From Macrostomum hystrix (lineage: Eukaryota > Animalia > Platyhelminthes): a stretch of DNA of 64,000 nucleotides. The notes beneath the pieces were generated by a model, which saw nothing but the letters and a program-made list of their open reading frames with translations, had not been told where the DNA came from and did not search any database. The stretch spans positions 186,001 to 250,000 of the forward strand of contig CATNEN010000015.1 in NCBI GenBank assembly GCA_950097015.1, given 5' to 3'. Below are positions 48,101 to 63,599 of this stretch, one piece after another; positions within the stretch are counted from its first letter, which is position 1, and each line of letters begins with the position of its first letter. The position numbers were made by a program, and so were the translations under genes.

Positions 48101-51100
48101 GTCAGATATCATTGTAGCCATGTCAGATATCATTGCAGCCATGTCAGATATCATTGCAGCCATGTCAGATATCATTGCAGCCATGTCAGATATCATTGCA
48201 GCCATGTCAGATATCATTGCAGCCATGTCAGATATCATTGCAGCCATGTCAGATATCATTGCAGCCATGTCAGATATCATGGCAGCCATGTCAGATATCA
48301 TTGCAGCCATGTCAGATATCATGGCAGCCATGTCAGATATCATGGCAGCCATGTCAGATATCATGGCAGCCATGTCAGATATCATGGCAGCCATGTCAGA
48401 TATCATGGCAGCCATGTCAGATATCATGGCAGCCATGTCAGATATCATGGCAGCCATGTCAGATATCATGGCAGCCATGTCAGATATCATGGCAGCCATG
48501 TCAGATATCATAGCAGCCATGTCAGATATCATTGCAGCCATGTCAGATATCATGGCAGCCATGTCAGATATCATGGCAGCCATGTCAGATATCATGGCAG
48601 CCATGCCAGATATCATGGCAGCCATGTCAGATATCATGGCAGCCATGTCAGATATCATGGCAGCCATGTCAGATATCATGGCAGCCATGTCAGATATCAT
48701 GGCAGCCATGTCAGATATCATGGCAGCCATGTCAGATATCATTGTTGTTTACTCGTATTTTAGGCTGATTAATTATTTTATTATTTTATTACTGAACTAC
48801 GAGTAAAATGGTCTTTGTCGGTCTTCGTCAAGAATAGCTGAATATCTCGACGCTTCTGACCCAGACGGCTCAGACGGCTTTGAAAGCTATTTCATCGTAA
48901 TGGGCGGAAAATTTAAGTTCAGATGGTGGACTTTCACGAAAATCGGTCATTCGGTTTGGGAGCTACGGTGAAGTAGGCAGTGGGAATTTGAAATACCTCA
49001 GTGCTCTCTCCCCAAGAGGGAAATACTCGTAGCACGGTCTAAAAGGACTCAGTCTAAAAGCAGTGAGCCGACCCACCTGCCTAACAAAGGCGATGTAGAA
49101 CAATGGCGAGTAATTGTTGGCAAAGCGGAAGGCGAAGGCCTTGATGGCGAATGAGTTGTCATAGTCTGTGGGATACTCGTGGCACTCTGGCCATTGTTTG
49201 GGGAGGCCAGCTTATTTTGGAATTTCTTTTAATTTGAAATGCACTTTTTCAATTAGAGTTCTCACCCCAGTTGGTCACGGCCTTCGCAAGGACACTGTAA
49301 AGCTGTAAGTTCATTGTGAAGCTGTTTGTTGGTTTTAGGCTAGCTGGAACATTGATCCCTACAGATTGTATCCCAGAAAGGGTTCTTCGAAGTATTTCCC
49401 AAAGTTATTATCCAAGGGGAATTCCCCAGTGGAATTCCCTAAAATTCTAAATTCCCCGTCTGGGATTCCCAAAAAGGATTTTTCCCAGGGGGATTCATTG
49501 GAGGGATTTCCTAATAAGATCCCTTTTATGAGCTATCCGGAAGGCTAGAGGGACGGTTTGGCAGAGGGAATCCCAAGAAACACAAGTCGTTTTTCTGTCT
49601 TTAAGATTAATTTGCTGGAGTATCAAGAGATATTTTTAGAGGGAATTCCAAAATCTTTTTCTTCTAAGAGACTCGCTGGATGAGATTCCCTGAGGAATTC
49701 CCAGTGGGATTCCCAAGAGAGCAGCCTGAATGGGGTTTCCAGCGGGATTCCCAAGGGAATTCCCTCGAATGCTCTTCCAGTGGGATTTCCTTTGGAAATG
49801 TACAACAGAAATCTACCAGAATAATTCCCAAGAGAAAATGTGAGATTTCCAATAGTCTGAGGCAGCTTTCATATTCCTGAGCACGCGAACCCCGGACAGA
49901 CCGAGTCCAGGACGGAGATGACGATGACCTGGCCCGCGACCGGCAGCACGGTGCTCACAAGGAAGCAGGAGGCACCAGAGTTGCCGGCCGTGCAATAGGA
50001 ATTGTCGCCAACCAGGCGGGCCACCTGGAAACCCACCGTGATGGCGAACACCACCACAACCTGCGGGCGAAGGGTTGGCAACCGGTACGGATAATCAAAC
50101 TAGAAAGCACATGGCAAAACAGGTAGGTACACAAACAGGTGCACAATATTACACAGGCCCACAGGCCCAAACAGGTGCACACAGATACACACAGTTACGC
50201 ACAGGTAACACACAGGCACGCAAAGGTGCGCACAGGTATATACGTAAGTAGTTGTAGCCTAGTGGTCCGGGCGTCGGACTCACGACTTGAAAGTCGAGGT
50301 TTCGATTCCCGACTCCACTGAAACTATTTGTGTCCTTTAGCGAGACACTTAACTCTGCATTGCTTCAGTTCACCCAGCTGTTAAAGGGTACTAGCATTAG
50401 CTGGGATAATTGAAGGTGGGTATGGTGTCCCCCCAGTCCATGGACAGAACAGCTGTACGCAGCCTTCAGATGCGCCGCGCAATAGCTGCGGCTGCGCTGT
50501 TGGCTGCAGATCTGGCACAATTGGGGCAGGTGTAACCAATTATTATTATTAATTAGACAGGTATATACAGGTACACACAGGTACATACAGGTACACACAT
50601 TTAAAGAGGCACACACAGTTTATTGTTTCAGGCTTAGCAAAATGCACAGTGAAAACTCACGGAGGACACAATGCAGGAGTAGAAGCCGATGCATTTACGC
50701 CGCGTAGTTTGCTGGGTGCACCAAATCTGAAATTAATGAAAATCCTTCTTAAATACTCCATTCCTACTCACAGTAGCTGCAACGCACATGGCAAGAAAAA
50801 TCTGACCGGTTGGCAACGGCTTTTCCTCAGCACGTAGGCTGGCCGCCTGTTCTCGGCGATGTAGTGATGATTGACGTCCCAGCGGTAGCTCAGGCTGCAC
50901 TCGTACCGCTTCCAGGTCTCTGTGGTGAGCAGGCTCCAGACTGTCAGGATGCAGCCGAACACGATTGTGAGGTAGTTTTCGAAGGTTAGCAAGATGAACT
51001 GCATCAGCTCCACCAGGTAGACTGAGGCTCTGGAAATGGTTTCGGGTACCGAGTTTCGGGTACCGAGTTTCGGGTACCGAGTTTCGGGTACCGAGTTTCG

Positions 51101-54100
51101 GGTACCGAGTTTCGGGTACCGAGTTTCGGGTACCGAGTTTCGGGTACCGAGTTTCGGGTACCGAGTTTCGGGTACCGAGTTTCGGGTACCGAGTTTCGGG
51201 TACCGAGTTTCGGGTACCGAGTTTCGGGTACCGAGTTTCGGGTACCGAGTTTCGGGTACCGAGTTTCGGGTACCGAGTTTCGGGTACCGAGTTTCGGGTA
51301 CCGAGTTTCGGGTACCGAGTTTCGGGTACCGAGTTTCGGGTACCGAGTTTCGGGTACCGAGTTTCGGGTACCGAGTTTCGGGTACCGAGTTTCGGGTACC
51401 GAGTTTCGGGTACCGAGTTTCGGGTACCGAGTTTCGGGTACCGAGTTTCGGGTACCGAGTTTCGGGTACCGAGTTTCGGGTACCGAGTTTCGGGTACCGA
51501 GTTTCGGGTACCGAGTTTCGGGTACCGAGTTTCGGGTACCGAGTTTCGGGTACCGAGTTTCGGGTACCGAGTTTCGGGTACCGAGTTTCGGGTACCGAGT
51601 TTCGGGTACCGAGTTTCGGGTACCGAGTTTCGGGTACCGAGTTTCGGGTACCGAGTTTCGGGTACCGAGTTTCGGGTACCGAGTTTCGGGTACCGAGTTT
51701 CGGGTACCGAGTTTCGGGTACCGAGTTTCGGGTACCGAGTTTCGGGTACCGAGTTTCGGGTACCGAGTTTCGGGAAAGCACCGATAGAAAAACTCACGAG
51801 GCGGTCACGGACGAAGTGGCAGAGAGAGCTGTGAGTTGGCTAGCAAACTCCAGTGAGGAGTTCTTGTAGTTGACGGAGCTGAAGGGTGCAGATTTGGGTC
51901 ATGGCAGGTAAACAGTAGAAACACCACGGGGTATTTTACTCGTAAAAACCGAATTTTTCTTAAAAACCGAAAATATTGAACTACTTCCAGAATCACTAAA
52001 TATCAACATCGTTCGTGCAAATTTTGCTCCACACGGTTGACTTTCACGAAAACAGGTCATTGTGTTTGTTAGCGATCGTGATGCAGGCAGCGGGTGTTTG
52101 AAAAACTCACGCATTGGCCAGGCCATAGACAAAGAAGCACAGGCCGATGGCCGTGAGGAACAGCAGGCACCAGATGATGTAGCCGAACCAGGCGTAGTAA
52201 AAGGCCAGCCGCTCGCCGAAGTACAGCCGGATGAGGCGCAGAGGCTGGAAGCGGCAGCAGCAGTGCCAGGACCGACTCAGCTGGTGCCGCAGATCAAGGG
52301 GCCGCTTCGCTGAGACGCCGCCGCCGGCGCTGCCGTTGCAGTTCGCCGAGCCAGTCTCAACGTCGGCTGCGACGCCGCCGGAGCGGGAGCAGCAGCCGCT
52401 GGTCTGGCGAGTCGCCTGGCCAGACGAGGCGTCGTGCATCGCAAAGGCGTCGGAGAACACGTTCGACTCGAGCAGGTGCTCCAGCACTGCGAATCAGGAG
52501 GTGCCGCCGTTGCCTACCTGACTTATCTACCTTGCCTACCTGACTTATGTACCTTGCCTACCTGACTTATCTACCTTGCCTACCTGACTTATCTACCTTG
52601 CCTACCTGACTTATGTACCTTGCCTACCTGACTTATCTACCTTGCCTACCTGACTTATCTACCTTGCCTACCTGACTTATGTACCTTGCCTACCTGACTT
52701 ATCTACCTTGCCTACCTGACTTATGTACCTTGCCTACCTGACTTATCTACCTTGCCTACCTGACTTATCTACCTTGCCTACCTGACTTATGTACCTTGCC
52801 TACCTGACTTATCTACCTTGCCTACCTGACTTATGTACCTTGCCTACCTGACTTATCTACCTTGCCTACCTGACTTATCTACCTTGCCTACCTGACTTAT
52901 GTACCTTGCCTACCTGACTTATCTACCTTGCCTACCTGACTTATCTACCTTGCCTACCTGACTTATCTACCTTGCCTACCTGACTTATCTACCTTGCCTA
53001 CCTGACTTATCTACCTTGCCTACCTGACTTATCTACCTTGCCTACCTGACTTCTCTACCCTGCCTACCTTACTGATCCGTTTTGCCTACCATAGTTATCT
53101 GCTTTGTCTACCTTTATAATCTACCCCTAAGCCAGCCTCTCTCACCAATCGGCGAGTCCCTGTTCTCCAGCCAGATGCGGAGGCTCTTGCAGTACATGCA
53201 GCCAGGCGGGCATCCCAGCACGTCGGGTTGCGAATCCACAGCCTGGCGTAGGTCGAAGCCAATGTCGATTCGCTGCAGAATCGAGTAGGTCTGGAATGGA
53301 CAGGGTGATCCCAACTTGATCCCGAGTAATTCCCAACTTGATCCTAGATAGATCCAAACTTAATAATAAAAAAAATTGCAGGAGGGCTGCGGGCAATGGC
53401 ACATAATTTGGTGACACTAGACCCGGAGCCAGCGAGGAGGCAATCCTGCCCATTTCGCTGACTCCTGAGCACACACGCACACAGATACTGTACGCAGGCA
53501 TACGCTCACACAGGTGTGTACATCTGCCCTGACTTTCTCATCGTCCGGCAGTGTACATTTAACTGTGCCTTGGAGGTTGGCCCACAAGGGCGTAAATTGC
53601 ACGATAAGCCCTCAAGCCTTCTCTCCGCGGCTGCGCCCCAAATAAATGTGGCCTCGCCGTGGAATCAAACTTAGGGACCTTGGTGCAAGAGGCAAACGCG
53701 ATAACCGCTCTGCCACCGACCCCCCTAGATCCAAACTTGATCTTAAATAGTTCCCGTTTGATTATAATATTTCCTATTTACACCCTGAGCAGATCAAAGG
53801 TAGATACCCCGGTCTCACCAGGTAGATTCGCTGCGCTCCAGTGAGGTGAAAATCGCTGCCACTACGACCGCCGCCAAAGAACAGGTGCTTCTTCTTGAAG
53901 ATGAACGGGGCGCAGATGAAGTCGGCTGTGGAGTGGGGGGGAATAATTTGGCTGATTTAGACAAATACCTACCTGTTAGACAATTACCTACCTGTTAGAC
54001 AGCCACCTACTTATTAAACAGCTGCCTACCTGTTAGACAGCTACCTACCTGTTAGACAGCTGCCTACCTGTTAGACAATTACCTACCTGTTAGACAGCCA

Positions 54101-55252
54101 CCTACTTATTAAACAGCTGCCTACCTGTTAGACAGCTACCTACCTGTTAGACAATTACCTACCTGTTAGACAGCCACCTACTTATTAAACAGCTGCCTAC
54201 CTGTTAGACAGCTGCCTACCTGTTAGACAATTACCTACCTGTTAGACAGCCACCTACTTATTAAACAGCTGCCTACCTGTTAGACAGCTACCTACCTGTT
54301 AGACAGCTGCCTACCTGTTAGACAATTACCTACCTGTTAGACAGCTGCCTACCTGTTAGACAATTACCTACCTGTTAGACAGCTGCCTACCTGTTAGACA
54401 ATTACCTACCTGTTAGACAGCTGCCTACCTGTTAGACAGCTGCCTACCTGTTAGACAGCTGCCTACCTGTTAGACAGCTGCCTACCTGTTAGACAGCCAC
54501 CTGCCTCTTACACAGCTGCCTACATGTTAGACATTACCTAACTGTTAGAGAGCTACCTACCTGTTAGACAGCTACAAGCATTAGAATGTTCACAAATCTT
54601 GTAAGTCGCATGTTCAAATGACAGGCACTTGTGCTCACCATTCTCATCCGTCAGCTGGGAGTCCTCTGATTCGTCCAGAGCCGCAGTCTCAGGTCGCAGG
54701 CAAGGGCAGCAGCACCTACCGTCGTGTCCATCACTGGCATTGTCATCTGGGGAGCTCAACGGTGTTGTGTCCGTCTGGATTGAGTTAATGAATCGAAAAA
54801 TTCTGGTAGGAATTTGATTTTATTAGAAAACGCCTCCTTCTGGACTTGAGGATTTGAGGAGTTGATTAATGCCATGGCCAGGTAAGCTTTGGTACTCCAG
54901 CTAACACAGTCAGCTACAGTAGCGAAACCCAGTAAAAACTCACCGCCTTCAGCGGCAGCTCCATCTTGACGAATTCAGCCTCTCGAAGCAGCACATCGAC
55001 ATCCGCGGCCCGAAAGCCCCAGTAAACAGACTGATAGGGCGCCCACTTCTTGTGCTTCGGCGTCACCCTGGCCTCAGGCAGCCGCAGCTTTAGCTTCTCG
55101 ATCTTCAGCTGGCGTCTCCGGGCTGCCTTCCAGAAGATCTCGCGGGCCAGCCGCTTCAGGCGACACGGCTCGCCAGACAGCCGGTCCTCCGGGAACGTGT
55201 CGATGTGCGCGTAGAACAGTACATAGTCTGCCGCCGTCGGCTGCTCAGCCAT
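42105..55252 (-). CDS. Anoctamin/TMEM16 family protein, paralogue B; 17 exons: 54944-55252, 54639-54774, 53819-53925, 53146-53290, 52111-52486, 51798-51878, 50807-51029, 50661-50726, 49902-50060, 49266-49302, 49077-49186, 47298-47440, 46067-46337, 45675-45950, 44159-44239, 44004-44074, 42105-42198; 894 aa
   Basis: Same motifs as paralogue A. Eleven exons (81, 223, 66, 159, 37, 110, 143, 276, 81, 71, 94 nt) have identical lengths in both genes and all 16 intron phases match. Total 2685 nt, frame intact. Confidence 0.9.
42240..43964. repeat. 35-bp minisatellite (~49 copies), intron 16 of anoctamin B
   Basis: Unit ATACCTGTGCACTGATTGCCACTGCACTGCCTGTG. Confidence 0.97.
44330..45658. repeat. 14-bp minisatellite (~95 copies), intron 14 of anoctamin B
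   Basis: Unit ATAGGACAGGTATT. Confidence 0.97.
45977..46061. repeat. 14-bp minisatellite, intron 13 of anoctamin B
   Basis: Unit GTGTGGGACTGGAG abutting the donor site. Confidence 0.9.
46378..47283. repeat. Two adjacent related 20-bp minisatellites, intron 12 of anoctamin B
   Basis: CTGAGACCACTGAGCACTAC to ~46645, then CTGAGACCAGCCCACACAGC. Confidence 0.97.
47737..48743. repeat. 21-bp minisatellite (~48 copies), intron 11 of anoctamin B
   Basis: Unit GCAGCCATGTCAGATATCATG/T. Confidence 0.97.
49370..49860. repeat. Degenerate GGGAATTCCC-rich repeat, intron 9 of anoctamin B
   Basis: Many GGG(A/G)ATTCCC-type words, including palindromes at 49416-49427 and 49754-49765. Confidence 0.6.
50244..50556 (+). 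mobile_element. Full-length tRNA-derived SINE (family B) with a CORE/V-like central domain
   Basis: A box TAGCCTAGTGG, B box GTTTCGATTCC, central GTGTCCTTTAGCGAGACACTTAAC..CAGTTCACCCAGCTG, (ATT)n tail, and 12-bp TSD ACAGGTATATAC at 50232-50243 and 50557-50568. Confidence 0.88.
51039..51774. repeat. 14-bp minisatellite (~53 apparently identical copies), intron 6 of anoctamin B
   Basis: Unit GTTTCGGGTACCGA. Confidence 0.98.
52510..53070. repeat. 22-bp minisatellite (~25 copies), intron 4 of anoctamin B
   Basis: Unit TTGCCTACCTGACTTATCTACC. Confidence 0.97.
53362..53724 (-). mobile_element. tRNA-derived SINE (family A), intron 3 of anoctamin B
   Basis: Homologous to 6751-7114; A box TGGCAGAGCGG, B box GTTTGATTCC, and 13-bp TSD TAGATCCAAACTT at 53349-53361 and 53725-53737. 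Confidence 0.9.
53964..54574. repeat. ~19-bp minisatellite, intron 2 of anoctamin B
   Basis: Units CT(A/G)CCTACCTGTTAGACAG and variants. Confidence 0.95.
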
Positions 55253-55769
55253 CTCGCAGCTGTGTCAGCGAAGGCTGCTCTGGAGTCCCGCAGCAGTTGA
55301 CAGAAATAGCGGCTTCGTCAGAGCTCTTATCGAGCTGTCTTCTGTCTTAGCGGCTGCCAAGGCAACCAGTGCACGAATGCTTGGAAAGGTGTACAACAGA
55401 GTGGCAACTCTCTCACTGCTTACTGTCGCCCCATTACTCTTGGTCAGCAGAGCAGAACAATGAGATGGAAGGCTGCGGTGTGCGGCCAGTGTTTTCTATG
55501 CAGCTTTGGAGCAGAGCTGCAGCTCATCTCTCATTGGTTGCAGCTGGGGTGGGCGCTGAGCACACTGCCCAAGTTTACAGTAAAAGGTAACTGTGTGCTT
55601 TTATCAGTTCTAAGATTAACCCAGCAATGCACTGGAATGGCTAAATAAAGCATTGGGAACATCATAATTATTCTTTGTTTTAATTACTACGGCAAAATGT
55701 AAAACGTATCGCTCAAATATTTGTATGTAATATGCCACGTGGAAATACAAAGGGACAAAAAGACAAGAA

Positions 55770-56900
55770 GAAGAGAAAGAGAGAGAGAGATTGGAGAGGA
55801 GCGAAGGATGAGTGAAGAGAGAAGGATGGGAGAAGAGGGGAGAAATTTGGGTGAAGAGGGGAAGGATGGGAGAAGAGGGGAAGGATGGGAGAAGAGGGGA
55901 GAAATGTGGGTGAAGAGGGGAAGGATGGGAGAAGAGGGGAAGGATGGGAGAAGAGGGGAGAAATGTGGGTGAAGAGGGGCGAAGGATGAGAGAAGATGGG
56001 AGAAGGATAGGAGAAGAGGGGAGATATGTGGGTGAAGAGGGGATGGATGGGTGAAGAGGATAAAGATGGGTGGGAGAAGAGGGGCGAAGGATTTAGATGA
56101 GGGGAGAAGGGTGGGAGAAGATGGGCGAAGGATAAGAGAAGAGGGGAGAAATTTAGGAGAAGAGGGCGAAGGATGAGAGAAGAGGGGAGAAGGATGGGAG
56201 AAGAGGGGAGAAGGATGGGAGAAGAGGGGCGAAGGATGGGAGAAGAGGAGAAGGGTGGGAGAAGAGGGGAGAAGGATGGGAGAAGGGGGGAGAAGGGTGG
56301 GAGAAGAGGGGAGAAATGTGGGAGAAGAGGGGAGAAGGATGGGAGAAGAGGGGAGAAGGGTGGGAGAAGAGGGGCGAAGGATGGGAGAAGGGGGAGAAGG
56401 GTGGGAGAAGAGGAGCGAAGGATAAGAGAAGGGGGGAGAAATGTGGGTGAAGAGGGGAGAAATGTGGGAGAAGAGGGGAGAAGGATGGGAGAAGAGGGGA
56501 GAAGGGTGGGAGAAGAGGGGCGAAGGATGGGAGAAGAGGAGAAGGGTGGGAGAAGAGGGGAGAAGGATGGGAGAAGGGGGGAGAAGGGTGGGAGAAGGGG
56601 GGGAGAAGGATGGGAGAAGAGGAGAAGGGTGGGAGAAGAGGGGAGAAGGATGGGAGAAGGGGGGAGAAGGGTGGGAGAAGGGGGAGAAGGGTGGGAGAAG
56701 GGGGGGAGAAGGGTGGGAGAAGGGGGGAGAAGGATGGGAGAAGGGGGGAGAAGGGTGGGAGAAGGGGGGAGAAGGGTGGGAGAAGAGGGGCGAAGGATGG
56801 GAGAAGGATGGGAGAAGAGGGGCGAAGGATAAGAGAAAAGGGGAGAAATGTGGGTGAAGAGGGGAGAAGGGTGGGAGAAGAGGGGAGAAGAGGAGACGAG
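55770..56900. repeat. Purine-rich low-complexity array (GGGAGAAGAGGGGAGAAGGAT-type)
   Basis: + strand is overwhelmingly G/A for ~1.1 kb. Confidence 0.95.
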
Positions 56901-57339
56901 GTGAGTTATGGACTTGTACCAGTTTCAAGTAGTTTATTGTTAAAGTAGCAAAAGAAATAAGACAAGCGGTGTTTCAAGCTGTGCAAATTAGACAGTTAAT
57001 GGCAAAAAACGTCTCAGACTACTAAAAAATCAGTAGAGCGCAAAGTTTTTTAGTGTATTTCAGATTTTCTTAACTGATTGCTGTTCTCGCTCTAAGAGCA
57101 GAATGTGGCTCACATTGGCGCCACTGGGGTGACCACTGAGACAGCAATGAGTTCACTGGTTCGAGACAAAGCACACAACTGCTCACCATAGGCATTAGGC
57201 TGTGCGTGCTTTTAGCAAATTCAAAAAAATATGCTTGCTATTTGTTTTAACTCTGGAGAAAAAGAAGTGGCAGCCAAAATACACACTTGTTAGCACAAAC
57301 CGGTGTACACGGGCAAGCATAGTACTTGCAGGCAACACT

Positions 57340-57970
57340 GGTACATAGAGGTACACTTATGTACACACAGGTACACACAGGTTACACACAGGTACACACA
57401 GGTACACACATGTACACACAGGTACACACATGTACACACAGGTACACACAGGTACACACAGGTTACACACATGTACACACAGGTACACACAGGTACACAC
57501 AGGTTACACACAGGTACACACATGTACACACAGGTACACACATGCACACACAGGTACACATATGTACACACAGGTTACACACATGTAAACACAGGTACAC
57601 ACACACACACAGGTACACACATGTACACACAGGTACACACATGTACACACAGGTACACATATGTACACACAGGTACATACATGTACACACAGGTACACAT
57701 ATGTACACACAGGTACACACAGGTTACACATAGGTACACACAGGTACACACATGTACACACAGGTACACACATGTACACACAGGTACACATATGTACACA
57801 CAGGTTACACACAGGAACACGCAGGTACACAAAATGTACACACAGGTTACACACAGGAACACACAGGTACACATATGTACACACAGGTACACACAGGTAC
57901 ACACAGGTTACACACGAACACACTGGCACACAAACTTTACACACACGTACAAAAAAGTACAAACAGTTAC
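57340..57970. repeat. CA-rich array (CACACAGGTA / CACACATGTA units)
   Basis: Read directly. Confidence 0.95.
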
Positions 57971-58358
57971 ACAAAGGTCATTACACAGTTGATTAGTCTA
58001 AGCGAGGCAATCACAATAAGCTCAGCTCAGATTCTGTAAAAGCTAAGTTAACATAAAACAGATTTGACACTTTTGATAAACGATTCTATAACAAGGAAAA
58101 TAACTATGGTATATATATATACCTGGCACTCTGGGGTATGTAAACTGTGAATTTGAGCACAGGTTGAGCACACAAGCTAGTAACGAGTTGTATGGACACA
58201 CCTACAATGTACAAGAGATTAGAAGCGGTGGGACACGGAGAGATTGAGATGGGGGACAAGAGGAATGGATAGGAGAAGAGAGGGAGACAGTGATGGGGCA
58301 GTGGTTGATGAAGCAGTTCGCACAGTCAGGCAGGTGTGCTAAACACCCGGTGGCGCAG

Positions 58359-63561
<5,203 letters not shown>

Positions 63562-63599
63562 CTGCGGGTCGGATTCGTGCCAGTTGCGACAGTGTCAGT

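Noticed and set aside
50772-50776. 5-nt micro-exon (cag|CTACT|gtgagt) in anoctamin B intron 7
   Set aside because: It would shift the frame and need a 30-nt intron. Skipping it gives the same phase and exon sizes as paralogue A.
16922-54574. Regular 20-67-bp arrays as CRISPR arrays
   Set aside because: Units are head-to-tail with no unique spacers, there are no cas genes, and the context is eukaryotic.
33925-57996. Long ORFs made of repeating peptides (e.g. 33925-35325, 34248-35666, 42105-44003, 46617-47297, 47676-48806, 50733-51797, 55687-56928, 57303-57992)
   Set aside because: They are stop-free translations of intronic or intergenic minisatellites, open in several frames. The true exons splice around them with canonical sites.
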